DNA of 59,653 bases from positions 1 through 59,653 of the forward strand of contig CAZENU010000007.1 in the NCBI GenBank assembly GCA_964513735.1, written 5' to 3'. The notes under the pieces were generated by a model that saw only the letters and a list, made by a program, of their open reading frames with translations, was not told the origin of the DNA and searched no databases. This document shows, piece after piece, positions 55,996 through 59,653 of this stretch. How positions within the stretch are numbered: the first letter of the stretch is position 1; each line of letters starts with the position of its first letter. Both the position numbers and the translations under genes were made by a program. The DNA comes from an uncultured Dehalococcoidia bacterium. GTDB lineage: Bacteria; Chloroflexota; Dehalococcoidia; Lucifugimonadales; CAZENU01.

Positions 55996-57132
55996 CTATG
56001 CGGCGAAGGCTTCCATCTGCTCAAAGGAGCCGCCGACGATTGGGTCGGGATCGAGTCCCAGCCACTGCTCGAGGACCGTCGCGTACAGCCCGCGAAAGTC
56101 GACGGTGTGCTTCAGGTCCTCGCCGCCCTCCCACTCGCCGCGCTGCAGCGACGGGTACTCGGAGTAGAGGCCACCTGCCACCCGATCGCCTATGATGAAG
56201 GCGCCTCCACCGGAGCCGTGGTCGGTGCCGCTGCCGTTGTCGAGCATCCTGCGCCCAAACTCGGTGAAGATCAGCATCGCGACCTCTTCCGACGCATCTC
56301 CATCCCTGAGGTCCTGAAAGAAGTCACTGATCGCGGCCGAGAGGTCTTCCAGCAGCTTGGGATGGACCGGCAACTGGCTGGCGTGGGTGTCATAGCCGCC
56401 CTGGCTGGTGTAGAAGATGCGGGTGCCAAGCCCGGCCAGGTGGACCCTGGCCACGTCCCTGAGGCTCCTGGCGATGGAACTGTCTGCGTACTCGACCTCG
56501 GACGAGTACTGCACTGGCGCCGTCTTGAGGATGTCGGCTCCCTTGAGCACATCCTGTCCGGTCTGCGCCAGATAGTCCATCACTGGCCCAGTGCCGATGG
56601 CGGGCGCGTACATAGATTTGAACGTATCGAGGGCATCCATGCGCTGGGCCTTATCGGTCAGCCCGGTCAGTATTCCGTAGTTGTCCAGGTCGCCGACGGA
56701 GCTGACGGGTACGCCAGGCACAGCCATCGCCCTGGGCAGCCCGCGGCCGATGTTGACCCCGGTCAGGACGTTCTCTTTGTCAGGGTCGAGCTCTCGGATC
56801 GCCCTGCCTAGCCAGCCCTCGGTGCCGATTTCGACGGGTTCGCAGGTGTGCCAGATGTCCATGGCGCGGAAGTGCGAGCGGCTGGAACCGGGGTGCCCCA
56901 CGCCCTGGATCACCGCTACCTTGCCCAGGTCGTACAGTTCCTTCAGCGGCCGGGCGCTCGGGTGGAAGCCCAGTCCGTCGTCTATGGGCAGCACATGGTC
57001 CTCGGGCACGACGATCTTCTGTCTGGCGTCGTAGTAGAGCGGGTTCGAATAGGGAACGACCGTGTTCATGAAGTCGTTACCACCGGTGAGCTGGACCACT
57101 ACTAGTACCGGCTGACGTCCGTTTATCGCCAT
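55996..57132 (-). CDS. DUF1501 family protein
   Basis: LVVVQLTGGND..NTVVP, RSHF, GWLGR, GGYDTH, TEFGRR, GTDHG and DFR..YAT.L..WLG. Confidence 0.93.
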   Translation of the reverse strand: MAINGRQPVLVVVQLTGGNDFMNTVVPYSNPLYYDARQKIVVPEDHVLPIDDGLGFHPSARPLKELYDLGKVAVIQGVGHPGSSRSHFRAMDIWHTCEPVEIGTEGWLGRAIRELDPDKENVLTGVNIGRGLPRAMAVPGVPVSSVGDLDNYGILTGLTDKAQRMDALDTFKSMYAPAIGTGPVMDYLAQTGQDVLKGADILKTAPVQYSSEVEYADSSIARSLRDVARVHLAGLGTRIFYTSQGGYDTHASQLPVHPKLLEDLSAAISDFFQDLRDGDASEEVAMLIFTEFGRRMLDNGSGTDHGSGGGAFIIGDRVAGGLYSEYPSLQRGEWEGGEDLKHTVDFRGLYATVLEQWLGLDPDPIVGGSFEQMEAFAA

Positions 57133-57166
57133 CTCCGACCCTCCTCATTTACAATCCGCAATATGC

Positions 57167-57194
57167 AGTATGGAGCCTAAGCCATCCGTGTCAA
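57167..57194 (-). promoter_or_regulatory. Sigma70-type promoter for the DUF1501-DUF1800-NHL operon
   Basis: TTGACA-N16-CATACT, followed by a GAGGAGG ribosome-binding site. Confidence 0.55.
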
Positions 57195-57280
57195 TGCGTT
57201 CCCTCACATCCGTATCTGGAATTCCACTATACCAGGCGTTGCAATGGTCTTCACAATCACCGGCTATTGCTCCATGTCAA

Positions 57281-59557
57281 TCAGTCAGCAGGTGCAACTG
57301 CTTCGACTTTACGCTCTCCCTCTGCCGAGATTCTAGGCAGCCACTCCAGCCATCTTGGCAACCACCAGTTCCAGTCACCAAGCAGCTTCATGCTGGCTGG
57401 CAGCAGGATAGCTCGGATTATCGTGGCGTCGATGAGGACAGCCACTCCTAGCCCGACCCCGATTTGCTTGAAGAACATGATCCTGGATGTCGCGAAGGCG
57501 CCGAAGACCAGCACCATGACGATCGCGGCACTCGTGATAAGGACGGCTGTCGCTTTGATGCCCAACGACACGGATTGCTCGGTGCTACGTCCGCCGTCGT
57601 AGGCTTCTTTGACGCGATTGAGAAGGAGCATGTGGTAGTCCATAGACAGACCGAAGAGCACGGCGAAGAGGAACAGTGGCATGAAGGTCTCGATCGTTCC
57701 GGCTGCCTCGAAGTTCAGGAGTCCCTCTCCCACGCCCTCTTGGAAGACCAAGACCAACACCCCCATTGCCGCGCCAACAGAGAGCAGGTTCAAGATGATG
57801 GCCTTGATTGGGATGGCGATGGAACGGAACATCACGAGGAGAAGCAAGAAAGCCATAATCAATACGAATCCAAAGACGAGGGGCGCCTTGGTTTTCGTAT
57901 TGGCCGCTGCATCGAATGTCCCGGCCGCGCCCCCGGCCACGTAAACCTGAACGCCAGCTCCGGCGAACGCCGCGGGAGCGAGCTCACGCAGCTTCTCAAC
58001 GGCTGCATTGGCCTTTGACGTGTCTTCAACATCCGCCAAGGGAACCAAGATTCCGAGCAGATCGCCCTCAATGTTGACGATCGTCTCCACCGGCTCGCCA
58101 AACTGATCATTCTGCTGAACGGCCGCAATGAGGTTCGCCGTCGACGCTTGAATTGCTGGCGTCTCTACCGCGCCACCCGTTCCCGGATCAACGATCACCG
58201 CGAGGCCAAGGGTCTCGCCGAGAATGAAGTGTTCATCCATGAGGCCGACACCATGAGCGAGGATTCCGATCTTCCCTCCGTCTTCTACAGCACCATCCCA
58301 GTCGAAGACTTTGGTGATCGGCGTGTCACCTATGTTCAGCGAAAGGAGTGGTATTGACAGGGCTATCAGCGCGACCAAAGTCACACCCGCACATACCACC
58401 GGGTGGGCCAGAACTTCGTCTGTGATCCTCCCCCAGACGCCGCCGCCGGTGGAGGGCCTCCCGAGGCCCGGAATCCGTAACCAGTTCAATCGGTGGTCAA
58501 GCAACGAGATGAGTGCAGGAAGGAGAGTGAGGGAAGCGACCACGGCCAGAACAACGACGATCATCGCACCCAGCCCCAGGCCATAGAACAGAGCGTCGCC
58601 CGTCAGCAGCATGCCTGCCAGCGACACGAACACGGTTATACCAGCGTAGAGAACTGCCCTCCCGGTGGTATCAGATGAGACTTGGATCGCCTCGATCTTG
58701 TCCCGGCCGGCAGCCCGCTCCTCCCGGAATCGATTGATGATGAACAGGCTGTAGTCGATGCCGACGGCTAGCCCCATGAGGATGATCATCTCGAAGAAGT
58801 AGACATTCAATGGCTTCGACTGGCTCGCGATCGTGGCTACGCCAACGGCGGTGAAGATCGAAACAAGCGCTATGCCGATCGGAATCAGAGCAGCTACCAC
58901 TGCCCCGAACGCCAGGGTCAAGATGATCAGACCACCCATAACGGTGATGATCATGATCTTTCCAAAGTCCTCACCGACTACCTCTTCCTGAGCGACATTG
59001 AGCGACGCCCCGCCCAGGACCCCAAGCTCGAATCCATAGGCTGCGGCTGAAGCATCAGCTTCCAGCAAGGCGTCCATAATGCCCTCGCCGAAGTCGTTCA
59101 GCTTGGCCTGTTCCGCTTTCTCAAGCTCGACGCGGGCAATGACAACGCGCCTATCGTCGGAAGTTAGGTGAGGAGATCCGGAGTCGTAGTAGCTCTCCAC
59201 ATTAGCGACGCCATCGAGGCCTTTGAGCTCCTCGACCAGTGACTCAACGGTGAACCGAAAGGCCGGATCGTCGACGTCCAGACCGGGATTCCTGATGACC
59301 ACGGACTCGAAGGACGGCAGCTGCTCAAACCGGTCCTCGATCAGCTGATGACCTTTTCGGGAGTCGCCCGTGCCAGACACGTCGCTCATCTCAACGCCAA
59401 TCGAGTCGGACATCAGAAATGAAATGACCAACAGGACGATTGCAGCGAGTACAACGATCCATCGGTGGTGCGCGCTCCACCCCGCCACCCGACCCGTAAA
59501 TGAGACCTCGCGAGCATTGGTTGAGATCGGAAGCAAGTTCTTACTCGTCGTATTCAC
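57281..59557 (-). CDS. MMPL/RND family transporter
   Basis: Two MMPL repeats; GLAVGIDYSLF, TTGRAV, LFGLSMDY, ITSAA.VM..VF and LLG.WNWW.P. Confidence 0.93.
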   Translation of the reverse strand: MNTTSKNLLPISTNAREVSFTGRVAGWSAHHRWIVVLAAIVLLVISFLMSDSIGVEMSDVSGTGDSRKGHQLIEDRFEQLPSFESVVIRNPGLDVDDPAFRFTVESLVEELKGLDGVANVESYYDSGSPHLTSDDRRVVIARVELEKAEQAKLNDFGEGIMDALLEADASAAAYGFELGVLGGASLNVAQEEVVGEDFGKIMIITVMGGLIILTLAFGAVVAALIPIGIALVSIFTAVGVATIASQSKPLNVYFFEMIILMGLAVGIDYSLFIINRFREERAAGRDKIEAIQVSSDTTGRAVLYAGITVFVSLAGMLLTGDALFYGLGLGAMIVVVLAVVASLTLLPALISLLDHRLNWLRIPGLGRPSTGGGVWGRITDEVLAHPVVCAGVTLVALIALSIPLLSLNIGDTPITKVFDWDGAVEDGGKIGILAHGVGLMDEHFILGETLGLAVIVDPGTGGAVETPAIQASTANLIAAVQQNDQFGEPVETIVNIEGDLLGILVPLADVEDTSKANAAVEKLRELAPAAFAGAGVQVYVAGGAAGTFDAAANTKTKAPLVFGFVLIMAFLLLLVMFRSIAIPIKAIILNLLSVGAAMGVLVLVFQEGVGEGLLNFEAAGTIETFMPLFLFAVLFGLSMDYHMLLLNRVKEAYDGGRSTEQSVSLGIKATAVLITSAAIVMVLVFGAFATSRIMFFKQIGVGLGVAVLIDATIIRAILLPASMKLLGDWNWWLPRWLEWLPRISAEGERKVEAVAPAD

Positions 59558-59653
59558 GAAACCGCTCGGATCGTTCCACGGCCTCGGTCCGCGCCTTGAT
59601 TGCTTCGGTCATCGGATGGGATCCGCGATGCGTTCTTGTGAAATCGGGTCAAT

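Overview
GC-rich bacterial chromosome segment. Gene content (F420-type LLM, orphan xanthine-dehydrogenase-family large subunits, several Gfo/Idh/MocA enzymes, D-aminoacylases, cyclases, DUF1501/DUF1800) suggests Chloroflexota, probably Dehalococcoidia/SAR202; this is an inference. Recognisable genes are the 3' end of rpoD, lutABC, proBA, glnS and a divergent ychF. Most of the rest is a patchwork of catabolic enzymes of unknown substrate, including three paralogous cytoplasmic glycosidase-like beta-propeller proteins. The best candidate for an undescribed system is a signal-less DUF1501-DUF1800-NHL operon (53.5-57.2 kb) near an atypical YbhB/PEBP lipoprotein, with remnants of paralogues of these families elsewhere in the window. 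Intergenic DNA holds about a dozen gene scraps (some fused in frame), a decayed tRNA-Pro next to a MerR pseudogene, a 51-aa zinc-finger gene missed by the ORF track, and several REP-like palindrome families. I saw no CRISPR array, rRNA, intact tRNA, transposase or integrase. All family calls come from motif recognition by eye, not database searches.
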